Below, one piece after another: positions 52,183-63,294 of a DNA stretch of 64,000 nucleotides; position 1 is the stretch's first letter, and each line of letters starts with the position of its first letter. Source of the stretch: Leidyana gryllorum EB-2025a (Eukaryota; Protista; Apicomplexa); NCBI GenBank assembly GCA_048772705.1, contig JBLWGC010000121.1, positions 124,001 to 188,000 on the forward strand, written 5' to 3'. The notes under the pieces were generated by a model. The model worked only from the letters and a program-made list of their open reading frames with translations. It made no database searches and had not been told where the DNA came from. The position numbers and the translations under genes were made by a program.

Positions 52183-54249
52183 ATGCTGAATGACGACATC
52201 TGGACCCAAATTCTGGGGTTCCTATCGCTATGTGAGCTGACAAAAGCGGCAGGAATCTCCAAACAGCTACACAATCTTCTTCACTCTGAAAAGTCATTAC
52301 TGTTTTCTGGACGCTTATCTCTTAAACCGCAACAGTGGGCCTGGCTACAGCGCGCCTCTTGGTTTGAAGCATGGCTTCGCCGATCGTGCCCCTACCTAGA
52401 GTCCTTGACCTGGACAGGATCCACATTCAGACAGCTGATATGGACTGATCTGCTACAGAAGATGTCCCAATGGGGACTGCCGAGACTGACGGAAGCAATC
52501 ATAGGCACCGTTTTCGAAAGTGGGGGTTCGTGGCAGACCCACACTTTCAGTTTTCCCAACCTGAAGTTGTTGGACATCTCCTGGTCAGAGTTGTCTGAAG
52601 GGTCGCTGCTTATCGATGCTCCGACATTGGAATGTTTAGTCGTCAAAAGGCACCAGCTCCCTTTCATTCGCCACGATCTAGCGGTGGAGCTCCATAGGAC
52701 TGTGGGTGACGGCGACGGTGGCCGCGACGACCGGATTGTGTCGGTAACAAAGCCACAATTCAGGTATTGGATCTTCAAAACTCAGGACACCGCCGCCTCC
52801 GTGACAAACGGGGGATGGCAGACATCCCCGTGTCTGGTGCGATATCTATCCGAGGCGCACGATTGGGCGAGCGATCCACTGGAGTTCCGAATCGGAATCA
52901 CAAACCCGTGGCCAAAGTGCGCGAGGTGAGGGTTTCTGGAAGCATTGCGTTACATTTCGTTCAGAGGGTCACAGAGGCTCTGGGAATACCTCAAACGAGA
53001 ATGGAGCGATCGGGAGCGCCATATGCATCCGCTCTGTCGCACTTACCTGCGAAATGTGCCGTTTGTGACATATATATATGCTCAACGACTTGTGAATGGG
53101 ACTCAAGAAGATGGCACTGTGCTGCGGCGCGTCGACTCAAGTTTCGGATGGTTCCGGTTGGCCCGAACGAAGGATTTGGATTCACCGCCTCTCTGCTGGA
53201 AGGCTCTCCCACTGACCGAACCTCCCGCTGTATACCCTCCCCCATACTTTGGATTGATGAGTGACAACACACTTTATTTGAGCGCCTCCGGCATCAATCA
53301 TCCAGTGGAATGGTCAGAGGTGACACGGGTTCTCTATGTCAACGACAAATCCACTCCGACTCTGACTGAAAATTTACTCAGAACTCTGCCCTTTCAGAAT
53401 CTGAAGCGCATTGAGTTACCTCTGGAGGGATGGGCGCTGGTTGAAGGACTGTGTGAGAGCGCGACCCCCGCCTGTTGGCCCTCCGACTGTGTCCGGGTGC
53501 TATGCCTTCACACCAAACGGGATGCCTCACCGGAAGCGATGCGACGTTTGATTGAAAGGTGTCAAATTCAATATGTCGGTGTCACCGGAGTGCCTCTCCA
53601 GATCGCGAAGTTGACTGACTGGTTTTTGGTTGGGCACTCCATTTGGCGACGTAGAGGCATTCGGGTCCGTTTCGGCCTCCAAGCTGCAGCCCTTCTGCGC
53701 TACCCGTGGCCTAAGGTCCAATTGGAACTCGTCTCGGGACTGTATACCGATGCCACTCTCCGAGCTGTGCTGAAATACATTGGGTGTTCGGCGGAAGACA
53801 TCAGTCTGTGTCTGATGACGCAGACTGCCGATGATCCGGAGCAATGGACAACGCTGCGAGAAAGAAGTGTCCACGCTGCGTCCACTCTCCTTTCAATCAC
53901 TTGTTACTGCGCCGTTCCAAAGGCCCTCGTCAGTCAGTGGTACGCTGAAATGTTGGAAGGGACATTGCGAGAGGCTCAGACCTCCGTCGGCGGACTGTTG
54001 GACCTCATCGCCGAGACGTGCTCGGACGATTGGTGGTTGGGTCGTGCGTTGCTGAGCCAACGCTTCAGAGAGTTGGAGTATTTGGGCCTTCCGGTGACGT
54101 TACCGGCTGTCTGTCCCGCGTCGATCTACGAGGAGGTCTTCCCGCAAAGGGAGAAGAAGTCCAGGGCTTCCAGAATACTGCCTTCAGGGCTTTTACATTG
54201 TGCGAGTCATTTGTGGTCAAAATGGAAACCGCCTTTTGGAGGTTTCTAA
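52183..54249 (+). CDS. F-box protein with LRR-like segments, copy 2 (~675 aa); intron 52926-52964
   Basis: N-terminal MLNDDIWTQILGFLSLCELTKAAGISKQLHNLL fits the F-box consensus. CPYLESL, FPNLKLLDIS and FQNLKRIEL are LRR-like. A 39-bp GTGAGG..TTCAG intron joins the two ORFs in frame. Confidence 0.75.
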
Positions 54250-54875
54250 TTCGACGCCTTTCTACGCTCATCACTTCAAACAGAGTGAAAGTCAGTCTCT
54301 GTGAGCTCTACGATCAGATAAAAGTAGGACAAAGACTGCAAGTGTAGTCAAATGCCGTGAAAATGAACACCGCATAAGACTTCCGGACTGAGAGCATCAA
54401 GCAGTTGAAGGTGAGGCCGTGACATCTGTTGAATTCATCCACCCAAACAACAGTGATGGAAGTGGTCGCTGAAGGGCTCCGAACTGCCTTTGTGATATAT
54501 CGTTGATAGGACTCACAATCTGAAGGCGTCGAGTAAGGCACTTCAAAGCTCTGCTCAGTCTTTGTGGGTATCCTCAAGACTACAGGCGAACTGTCAGTGT
54601 CGTCTGCTATATACTGTGTGGCACATGGCGTTGCAATCTGAGTTGAAAATCCATTCGCTGAGCAGAGGTGTTTGCATCGTTGCATATATCAAGCAAGACG
54701 CGTCATCACCTCTGTGACCCCCTTGTTTCGCTTCGTAAAGTGCTCCTTTCCAAGTTTACATCGGGATATCCCGACAACAACCCGTCCGGCATCACTTTAC
54801 AACATTGCCCGGGCAGGTGCTCCAAGTCGCACACGAATGTGTGCATACAAGCCTTCCCCTCTCACGTGCTGATTA

Positions 54876-56933
54876 ATGCTGAGCGACGACATCTGGACCC
54901 AAATTCTGGGGTTCCTTCCGCTATGTGAGCTGACAAAAGCGGCAGGAATCTCCAAACAGCTACACAATCTTCTTCACTCTGAAAAGTCATTACTGTTTTC
55001 TGACCGCTTAGATCTTAACCCGTCACAGTGGGCCTGGCTACAGCGCGCCTCTTGGTTTGAGGCATGGCTTTGCCGATCGTGCCCCCACCTAGAGTCCTTG
55101 ACCTGGCTAGGATCCATATCCAGACAGCTGATATGGACTGATCTGCTACAGAAGATGTCCCAATGGGGACTGCCGAGACTGACGGAAGCAATCATAGGCA
55201 CCATTTTCGAAAGTGGGGAGTCGTGGCAGACCCACACTTTCAGTTTTCCCAACCTGAAGTTGTTGGACATCTCCTGGTCAGAGTTGTCTGAAGGTTCGCT
55301 GCTTATCGATGCTCCGATGTTGGAATGTATAGTCGTCAAAAGGCACCAGCTCCCTTTCATTCGCCACGATCTAGCGGTGGAGCTCCATAGGGCTGTGGGT
55401 GACGGCCACGGTGGCCGCGACGACCGGATTGTGTCGGTGACAAAGCCACACTTCAGGTATTGGATCTTCAAAACTCAGGATACCGCCGCCTCTGTGACAA
55501 ACGGGGGATGGCAGACATCCCCGTGTCTGGTGCGATATCTACCCGAGGCGCACGATTGGGCGAGCGATCCACTGGAGTTCCAAAACGGAATCACATACAC
55601 GTGGCCAAAGTGCGCGAGGTGAGGCTTTCTGGAAGCATTGCGTTACATTTCGTTCAGAGGGTCACAGAGGCTCTGGGAATACCTCAAACGAGAATGGAGC
55701 GATCGGGAGCGCCATATGCATCCGCTCTGTCGCACTTACCTGCGAAATGTGCCGTTTGTGGCATTTATATATGCCCAACGACTTGTGAATGGGACTCAAG
55801 AAGATGGCACTGTGCTGCGGCGCGTCGCCTCGAGTTTCGGATGGTTCCGGTTGGCCCGAACGAAGGATTTGGATTCACCGCCTCTCTGCTGGAAGGCTCT
55901 CCCACTGACCGAACCTCCCGCTGTATACCCTCCCCCATACTTTGGATTGATGAGTGACAACACACTTTATTTGAGCGCCTCCGGCATCAATCATCCAGTG
56001 GAATGGTCAGAGGTGACACGGGTTCTCTATGTCAACGACAAATCCACTCCGACTCTGACTGAAAATTTACTCAGAACTCTGCCCTTTCAGAATCTGAAGC
56101 GCATTGAGTTACCTCTGGAGGGATGGGCGCTGGTTGAAGGACTGTGTGAGAGCGCGACCCCCCCCTCTTTGCCCTCCGACTGTGTCCGGGTCCTATGCCT
56201 TCACACCAAACGGGATGCCTCACCGGAAGCGATGCGACGTTTGATTGAAAGGTGTCAAATTCAATATGTCGGTGTCACCGGAGTGCCTTCCCAGATCGCG
56301 AAGTTGACTGACTGGTTTTTGGTTGGGCACTCCATTTGGCGACGGAGAGGCATTCGGGTCCGTTTCGGGCTCCAAGCTGCAGCCCTTCTGCGCTACCCGT
56401 GGCCTAAGGTCCAATTGGAACTCGTCTCGGGACTGTATACCGATGCCACTCTCCGAGCTGTGCTGAAATACATTGGGTGTTCGGCGGAAGACATCAGTCT
56501 GTGTCTGATGACTCAGACTGCCGATGATCCGGAGCAATGGACAAAGTTGCGAGAAAGAAGTGTCCACGCTGCGTCCACTCTCTTCTCACGCACTTATCAT
56601 TACAGCGTTCCAAAGGCCCTCGTCAGTCAGTGGTACGCTGAAATGTTGGAAGGAACATTGCGAGAGGCTCAGACCTCCGTCGGCGGACTGTTCGACCTCA
56701 TCGCCGAGACGTGCCCGGACGATTGGTGGTTGGGTCGTGCGTTGCTGAACCAACGTTTCAAAGAGTTGGAATATTTGGGCCTTCCGGTGACGTTACCGGC
56801 TGTTTGTCCCGCGTCGATCTACGAAGAAGTCTACCCGCAGAGGGAGAAGAAGTCCAGGGCTTCCAGAATACTGCCCTCGGGGCTTTTACATTGTGCGAGT
56901 CGTTTGTGGTCAACATGGAAACAGCCTTTTTGA
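54876..56933 (+). CDS. F-box protein with LRR-like segments, copy 3 (~672 aa); intron 55619-55657
   Basis: Same structure as copy 2, with intact frames. Confidence 0.75.
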
Positions 56934-57869
56934 GGTTTCTAATTCGACGGCTTTCGACGTTTATCACTTCAAACAGAGTGAAAGTCAGTCTCTGTGAGCT
57001 CTACGGTCAGATAAAAGTAGGACAACGACTGCAAGTGTAGTCAAATGCCGTGAAAATGAACACCGCATAAGAGTTCCGGACTGGGAGCTTCAATCAGTTC
57101 GATGATGGTTCGGAAAAAGATGAGAGAGAGACGTGTCGGCGTGTATCAACGCCGTCTGAACGGCATAACGGTGTCTGGTTGTCTCCACTGCCACAGGTTG
57201 TAGGTATTGTAATCTTCATTAAAGTCCCCTCGACCCCCGATGGATTGCTCCTTCCGAGCTAAGCTGCAGGACACCGTCGACCCGCACACAAAAAGCTTCA
57301 GTAAAGGGCTGGAGTCACTCGGCCAACGAGGGATCGAGATTAAGGCCTGGTGTAAGGAGCAGACCCCGCCGGCCAGCGTCTCCCCGATGCAAAAAGGAAG
57401 AAGCTCGGCGAGGGAGTTTGCCAAAGATGGCCGGTCACCTACTTTCGCCGATACCCCGAAGTGAGAAGGAAGTGGCCAGTCGGGACTGATAGCATTAATA
57501 GTCGTGTGCCTGATGGTTGGGTATGCGGAAGGCTTCGAGTTACAGTGCTTTGGGGCAGCGCCTTTACAGCGAGCGGTGTTTCGGGATTGTTTCTTTTTGT
57601 ACTCTAACTCCGTTCGCAGAAACAACGATATTCTCTCGTCTTGGACCAAGTCCAGGCTGGTGGGGTCTTCACTAACAGAATTTGGAACATTAAAAGGCTC
57701 ACATTTTGCGGGTCAGGGCGGGTCAGGCGGTGGGACCGAACATTGTTGGTGATCTGAATGAGGGTACCTAGTTGTTCAGGTTTACCCCTTCACATTCAGT
57801 TCGATTATCACTCCAATTTTGGGAGGGATGTCTCGCCATTACGAACGACTGGGTTTGCAGTCGTACGCT

Positions 57870-58336
57870 TCATTGTGAGGGATCGGTCGCATTAACAACG
57901 GGTGACCCGAATTTGCCCGCTCTCTCACTAGGGGCAGAATCGAGCTGCTGCTCTGTGGTTGGCTCGTCGTCATTCGATGCTTCTAATGCGGGCTCCCTCT
58001 GGTTTGCCGCCATATATTCCCCACAGGCCTCCAATTGTCGCAGCAAAGATCGCCACTGGTCGTGTCTTGCGTCTCTTTTCGTCAAACACTTCTTCAAATC
58101 CTTCAGCACCCACTTGAAGGCTGCAGAGACGCAGGAACGTAGGCTGTTAGGGCCATTATCAACTTTAGATCAACCCGAACTTACAGTTGACCCAGCGCCA
58201 CGCTTACTGCAGTCTCGGGGACGCCTTCCCACCAAGAAGTGTCGGGCTCGGCTGTTCTGGACTGCCTCGAACGTGGGTGAAGGATTATCCAGAGAACGCC
58301 CAGGTACACGGCCGCTTCCACGGCAATTGCGAGCAT
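57870..58336 (-). CDS. Hypothetical spliced gene with hydrophobic N-terminus; intron 58144-58184; may continue toward 57146
   Basis: MLAIAVEAAVYLGVLWIILHPRSRQ...VALGQL|LRSCVSAAFKWVLKDLKKCL... is joined in frame by a 41-bp GTAAGT..CTAACAG intron. The 3' end is uncertain. Confidence 0.5.
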
Positions 58337-58458
58337 CGTCGCCTAGTGTTCTTTCAATTGATTCTTGATTCTGTCACAGCACATTTCTTTGCAACGGATG
58401 GTCGTTGGTTATGAGACGGTCTCGCGCCCACAGCTTCAATCAGATTTTATTGGCCCTG

Positions 58459-58493
58459 GCTGTCTCGCTGTCTCGCTGTCTCGCTGTCCCGCT
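58459..58493. repeat. 8-bp tandem repeat (GCTGTCTC) x ~4 abutting LTR copy 2
   Basis: gctgtctcgctgtctcgctgtctcgctgtcccgct. Confidence 0.85.
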
Positions 58494-58608
58494 TAAGATG
58501 TAAGATCTCATTGAGGGAGTGAGGTGAAACGGTGCTATTGAGTCCAGCTATATCGTTTATGGTCTATGGGGTACGGAAAAAGGATTACGCACGGTTGGGG
58601 CCCTGTGT
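58494..58608 (-). mobile_element. LTR copy 2 (3' LTR of the gag-pol unit; lacks the ggacggctca terminus)
   Basis: taagatgtaagatctcattgagggagtgaggtgaaacggtgctattgagtccagctatatcg...aggattacgcacggt aligns with 61539-61655. Confidence 0.88.
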
Positions 58609-59279
58609 GGCCCCCAGCCAGTGGGTGGCCTACCGTAGCGGTAAAGGTGCCTGGATACAGAGACAGTTGCAGAGGCTGCTGCATTTCATTGTCAACGGTG
58701 AAGGCGACGTCTGGCCTGGCCCGCTTACGGGTCTCAATGGTCGTCGGCTTTCGTCGTTCGCGCTGGAGTCGGTCCCGGAGGACTTCACTTGGCGAAAGTG
58801 TCTCGAACCCTTTTAGTTCTTCTGTGGTCAGATATTAATTTCAAAGCCTCGTCAGACGGCTCTTCAATCTCAATCAAGTTGGAATAGTGCACTGTAGACG
58901 CAATGTCGGTAACCCTTAAGCGGCTTAACCTTCGTACCGCCTCCAGGCAGGCCAGTCTCCAGAACAACACCAGGACTGCTGTAGGGTGGTCGGAACCGAT
59001 TGGCTACGGACGCTTGCTGCTTTCCAGTCGTTAGACCTTCGTGTCGTAGGCAGACCACGATGTCACCGACTTCCGGGATATACCATACATCGCGCATTCT
59101 TGCCTTCGCCTTGTCCCGTGACGAGCGGTTTGCATCAGCGCGCAGATTCTCGATGTGCCTTAAGCGTTCTGGCAGTGGGTGGTTAGCCCGACTGAACTCT
59201 TGGCTTCCAGGTATCGACATCTCCAATCCGGTGAGTAGCGTGAACGGTGCAACTCCAGTCGTTGGGTGAGGTGTAGCCC

Positions 59280-60166
59280 GACGCATCGACCACAAATCCT
59301 AGGTACAGGAACTGTCGGTGCTTCACCTCGCCAAGGCGTTTCAGTACTTCGGCTAACAGGTCGTTATGCTTTTGTATCGTGTCGGCGTAGATTACGATAT
59401 CGTCCAGGTACACTAACACTCCTTGACCTACCAGCGATCCTAGGGTAGTATGCATGACTCTTTGGAAGGTCGCGGGTGCGTTACGGAGACCGAATGGCAT
59501 TGCTACGAACGCGTACAGCCCTCGGGTGGTTATCACTGTCGTCTTCAGTACATCTTCCGCCCCCATGCGGATTTGATAATAACCAGCTTTCAAATCCAAA
59601 GAGCTGAAGACGCACGCACCGCTCAGGCTCGACACCAGCGTCTGAATGCTGGGCAGTGGATACACGTCCGGGACTGTAACCTCATTCAGTCGGCGATAGT
59701 CGACGCAGACGCGCACCTCACCGGTCTTCTTAGGGACGCATACTACGGGGGACGCCCAGGGGGAGCTCTCTACTTTCCTCATGTACCCCTTCTTTGTAAG
59801 TTCGTCGGACTGGCGATGGACCTCGTTCTCCATGTCTGGGTGTATACGCTTGGGTTTATCGGCCACTGGTTTCGCCCCCGGCTTCAACTCAATCCGGTGA
59901 TGCTCGACAGTACATTCGGCGGCTGCTGTTCGAACCCAACACTGCGGATGTGCTTTCATCACTCCCAAGACACTCTCTTTGGCCTCGGCGCCCCAGTCGT
60001 CTCGGATGACCGTCCCCTCTGTCGCCTTTTGTAGGACTCTGGCATGCCGTAACCGCGGATCGTTAGCCCTCATCTTCGCCATAGGGGCCATTCCTTCGGT
60101 ACCTCTGATGATGTCTGACGTCACTTCTACATTCAACCCGTGTCGTTGGAGGTAATCGATGCCCAA
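59280..60166 (-). pseudogene. Gypsy-type reverse transcriptase region
   Basis: Canonical RT motifs including YLDD. It ends at FLYLGFVVDASG, where it is fused to the integrase tail. Confidence 0.93.
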
Positions 60167-61466
60167 TAAGCTATGGGTGGCTCCTTAAAGTACCAATACG
60201 TCCTCCACGGTGGTGATTGGCCCAACGGAGATCGTGACCGTAGCGATCCCTCCTTGCGCCTGCTCGCCATTTGCCGTGGTCATCACCAACTTTGTCTTCC
60301 ACAGAGGTATTGGGTCCATCGAATTGGACTTCCGCACCAATTAGAGGTCGAGTGGGCTTAGTACTGTGACATCAGCTCCCGTGTCTACAACGAATACAAC
60401 AGGCTGCCCGTTGACAGTCCCAATCACATTATTCACGGCGTGCTCGGCTCTGTGCGTGGCACATCTCGTCACCTTTGGTGGTACCTCCGCGATCTCGCCT
60501 TCCTCGGGCGTGACCTCTGGTGGGGTTGGCCTCTTTTTCCTCTTCGGGATTTTTGGAGGGCACTGTCGCTCACTTCTGTGTCCGGCACGGACGGTTCCGC
60601 CATTTGTTCTGCCTCGCACTTCTGCTTCTGTTCCTCTTGGTTCGCCTTCCGTTGCTGAATCCTCTTACGCACCGTACTTTCGACCCGACCTTCTGCAGAG
60701 TTGCGACTGTGGAGTGGTCACGTCGACATCCGTCAAAGACGAGTTTGTTCCCAATCCACTGGAGTCGGATGCCCCCTTGGCCACCGTCATCGGCTCCGAT
60801 CTGGACGCATTGGGCTCCGCCATGCCCCTTCGCCTTGCAGTGTGGGCACGCTTCTTGGGCACAGTATCGCTGAATGTGTCCCTTCTCGCCACATCTTGGG
60901 CATCGGCTCATCCGTGTAGTCCTTGGCGGTGCGTTTGACAGCAGCGATACGCCCGCCCGACTCGAGACTTCCCAATGTGGGCTTTCCTCCGACTGGTAAC
61001 TCCATGTAGAGCTCCTTACTGATGATGGCTTGTACGAAGCTTCGGACCCATGTCACATTCAAGTCGCCCACAGCTCTTCGTTCGGTCGTCGCTGACGCAG
61101 TCGTGTGTAGTAGGCGTAGCGTTTCCTGACGTATGAAATCGGTTCGCGGTCTCCAGACCCTGGGAACCGCCTCGTTTCCAACACGATGTAGTGCCTCCGG
61201 CCTTGGGAAGAGACAACAAGCCAAGGCGTCTCGGTACTGAGCCCAGTCAGTATCCCGTCCCGAGATGGCCTGTGCCTTGTCGGCATCGTCTGGGGAGAGT
61301 GCGCTGCGGACTATATGGCCGTCGAAACTCCCGGATCTCTCGCCTTGATCTCCCACTGATCCAGTTGGGCATCGAACTCCTCTTCGGTGCTCCACTGTAG
61401 CACGACCGATACAACCTCTTCGCTTTACTGAGGTCCGAAACGGTGTAGGGCGCTCTTCTGGCTACC

Positions 61467-61469
<3 letters not shown>

Positions 61470-61500
<31 letters not shown>
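61470..61500. repeat. (CT)15 microsatellite in the retroelement leader
   Basis: Direct reading. Confidence 0.95.
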
Positions 61501-61504
<4 letters not shown>

Positions 61505-61517
61505 TGGACTGGTTCTC

Positions 61518-61536
61518 ATTCCCGGCAGATCCACCA
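61518..61536 (-). promoter_or_regulatory. Primer-binding site, probably tRNA-Ala
   Basis: Minus strand reads LTR end ...ACATCTCA-cg-TGGTGGATCTGCCGGGAAT. The complement ATTCCCGGCAGATCCACCA looks like a tRNA 3' end with A73 and U70 (G3:U70 is the Ala identity element). Confidence 0.75.
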
Positions 61537-61538
61537 CG

Positions 61539-61670
61539 TGAGATGTAAGATCCCATTGAGGGGAATGAGGTGGAACGGTGTTATTGAGTCCAGCTATATC
61601 GTTTATCGTTTATGGGGTACGGAAAAAGGATTACGCACGGTAGGGGGGCCCTTCTGTGTTGGACGGCTCA
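61539..61670 (-). mobile_element. LTR copy 3 (5' LTR, 132 bp, TGAG...CTCA termini)
   Basis: TG...CA ends with a 4-bp terminal inverted repeat; directly upstream of the PBS in element orientation. Confidence 0.9.
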
Positions 61671-61805
61671 CACTCCACAGCTATTGGGACAATCCTGTGT
61701 GCGACAGCCTCGAACAGTGCATTTGACAGTAATCAGAAAGCTTCTTTCGGTTCACATCTTTCACCGCTTACCCCTTCACGAGCTTCTTTGCCCTTCAACA
61801 AAAAG

Positions 61806-62075
61806 ATGAAGTTCACTACTGTATTCATGGTCTTCTTCGGCGTTGCCCTCGGTCAGGACTCAGCCTATTTCAACCCATTGGTCGGCGACAGCGAAGGTGA
61901 TGTTGGTGCCGACGGAGATGACACTTCCTCAACGGAGATGACCACCACCTCCAGTTACGGTGACGACGAAGTAACCACTACTTCTACTACAAAGAAGAGC
62001 GGTGTGTCCGCTAACACCCACCTGGCTGCTCTGGCGCCAGTTGCAGCCATCCTCGGAATGAAGTATCTCGCTTAG
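61806..62075 (+). CDS. Small secreted Thr/Ser/Asp-rich GPI-type surface protein (89 aa); paralog of 48983-49264
   Basis: MKFTTVFMVFFGVALG signal peptide, NPLVGD, TTTSTTKKSGVSANTHLAALAPVAAILGMKYLA. Confidence 0.85.
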   Translation: MKFTTVFMVFFGVALGQDSAYFNPLVGDSEGDVGADGDDTSSTEMTTTSSYGDDEVTTTSTTKKSGVSANTHLAALAPVAAILGMKYLA

Positions 62076-63046
62076 GTCTCACTAAACCTCACCGTATTTG
62101 GTTTGGTGAATGCTGCCCATCAAGATGATCGGCGTCTTCATTGTATGAGTGCATCCGTTTGCAACAGCGAGCTCACTTATACCTCGGTTCATCCCACTTG
62201 TCTGCGAGAGTCCTCTCGCACTTTTGGCCCAATTTTCCTACCAACCTATCAATCCACACTTTGTGGTGGCTGCTAAATACTCTTGTGAATATCTGACTCA
62301 TCGAGATTGTGCCCTTGGGATCTGCAGCGACAGCTATCTTCGGCAGCGCGCTGACTGGTGCTGCCTGCAATCGTGATGAGCTTAATTTGGGGTCGCCATC
62401 AAACTTTGAATGAGTCGTTGATCAGAGAACTAGTTGGCACCGACTGACCCAAATTCGTTATCAGTGAACACTGGGACTCCAATTCGCACTCAACTCCTCG
62501 GGATAATGGTGTGGGGGGACAGTTTCGTCGGCGGGCGGGGATATATTCACCAGAAAATTCCAACTGCTAACGCACACACTGCCTAAATTATTACTTTTTG
62601 TCACCCGACTATGACCGGCTGCTCGCTGTGTTGACTTTGATTGTCGCAGTCGTGGATCTATTGCTGTTCTCACCATTCGACGAGTGTACTGACATTCTGA
62701 TCGACATGCATGTGCTGCTAGGGTGGTCAAATGTATGAGAGATCACCATGAGATTGCCGTCTCCCTGGATTTGCCTGTAATATCGAGGTCTCCCGGGTAG
62801 TCAGAGGGTAAGAGACACTGGGAGAAAGTATGTAGATCTCCGATGCTTTCCGAGTCGGAGGCCCTTTTTCGCCTATGATGAAATATCGTGTCAGGAAGAC
62901 TCGCTGCGATAAACACCTTTAGGGAGCCTTTCTTGTGCCCATTGTGTGTTCGATCTGTCTCCACTGGGACTAACGAGTGTGACGGTTGAGATAATTGTAA
63001 GCTTTGAGCGATCGTTCCTTCTTTGTTGGTGCTGTATCACGTCTAC

Positions 63047-63286
63047 ATGAAATTCATCACTCTTTTCTCCGTTGCCCTCACCCTCGTCGCACTTGCCGAC
63101 GTTTCGGAAGTGGCACCCTCTGGACCTCCTTCTGCTGGATCGGAACCCACAGTCACGTCCCCGACACCGACTCCCACCACTCCTACGCCGACAACAACCT
63201 CCACCAACAAGTCTGGAGCTGAACAGTATATCACAGGAGTCACCCCATTGGCCGCATTGGTAGCGGTGAAGTATTGGGCATTTTGA
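63047..63286 (+). CDS. Small secreted Pro/Thr-rich GPI-type surface protein (79 aa)
   Basis: MKFITLFSVALTLVALA signal peptide, PTPTPTTPTPTTT, NKSG...PLAALVAVKYWAF. Confidence 0.82.
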   Translation: MKFITLFSVALTLVALADVSEVAPSGPPSAGSEPTVTSPTPTPTTPTPTTTSTNKSGAEQYITGVTPLAALVAVKYWAF

Positions 63287-63294
63287 TTAGGTCG

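Larger units (their letters stand above)
49769..57100 (+). repeat. Tandem segmental triplication, unit 2693 bp (about 2.7 units)
   Basis: Homologous starts 52183/54876 and 52767/55460 are offset by 2693 bp; the copies are highly similar by eye. Confidence 0.95.
58494..61670 (-). mobile_element. Decayed Ty3/gypsy LTR retrotransposon (gag-PR-RT-[deleted RNase H/IN core]-IN C-terminus)
   Basis: Gag knuckles CPRCGEKGHIQRYC and CPHCKAKGHGGAQC; protease VVDTGAD; RT SPWASPVVCVPKKTGEVRVCVDYR, LDLKAGYYQI, MPFGLRNAPATFQR, YLDDIVI; integrase tail RATPHPTTGVAPFTLL and FRPPYSSP. The PR-RT-IN order is gypsy-type. There are multiple frameshifts. Confidence 0.95.

Noticed and set aside
54314-54685. 123-aa minus-strand ORF in the F-box spacer
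   Set aside because: It has no recognisable motif, and the equivalent region in the preceding repeat unit is disrupted by an indel and stops.
61511-61536. tRNA-like 3' end with encoded CCA
   Set aside because: Only the 3' ~19-25 nt are present, adjacent to an LTR. This is a primer-binding site, not a tRNA gene.
49515-61670. DIRS/Ngaro-type element suggested by inverted and split repeats
   Set aside because: No tyrosine recombinase is visible. The protease, PBS and integrase tail indicate Ty3/gypsy.
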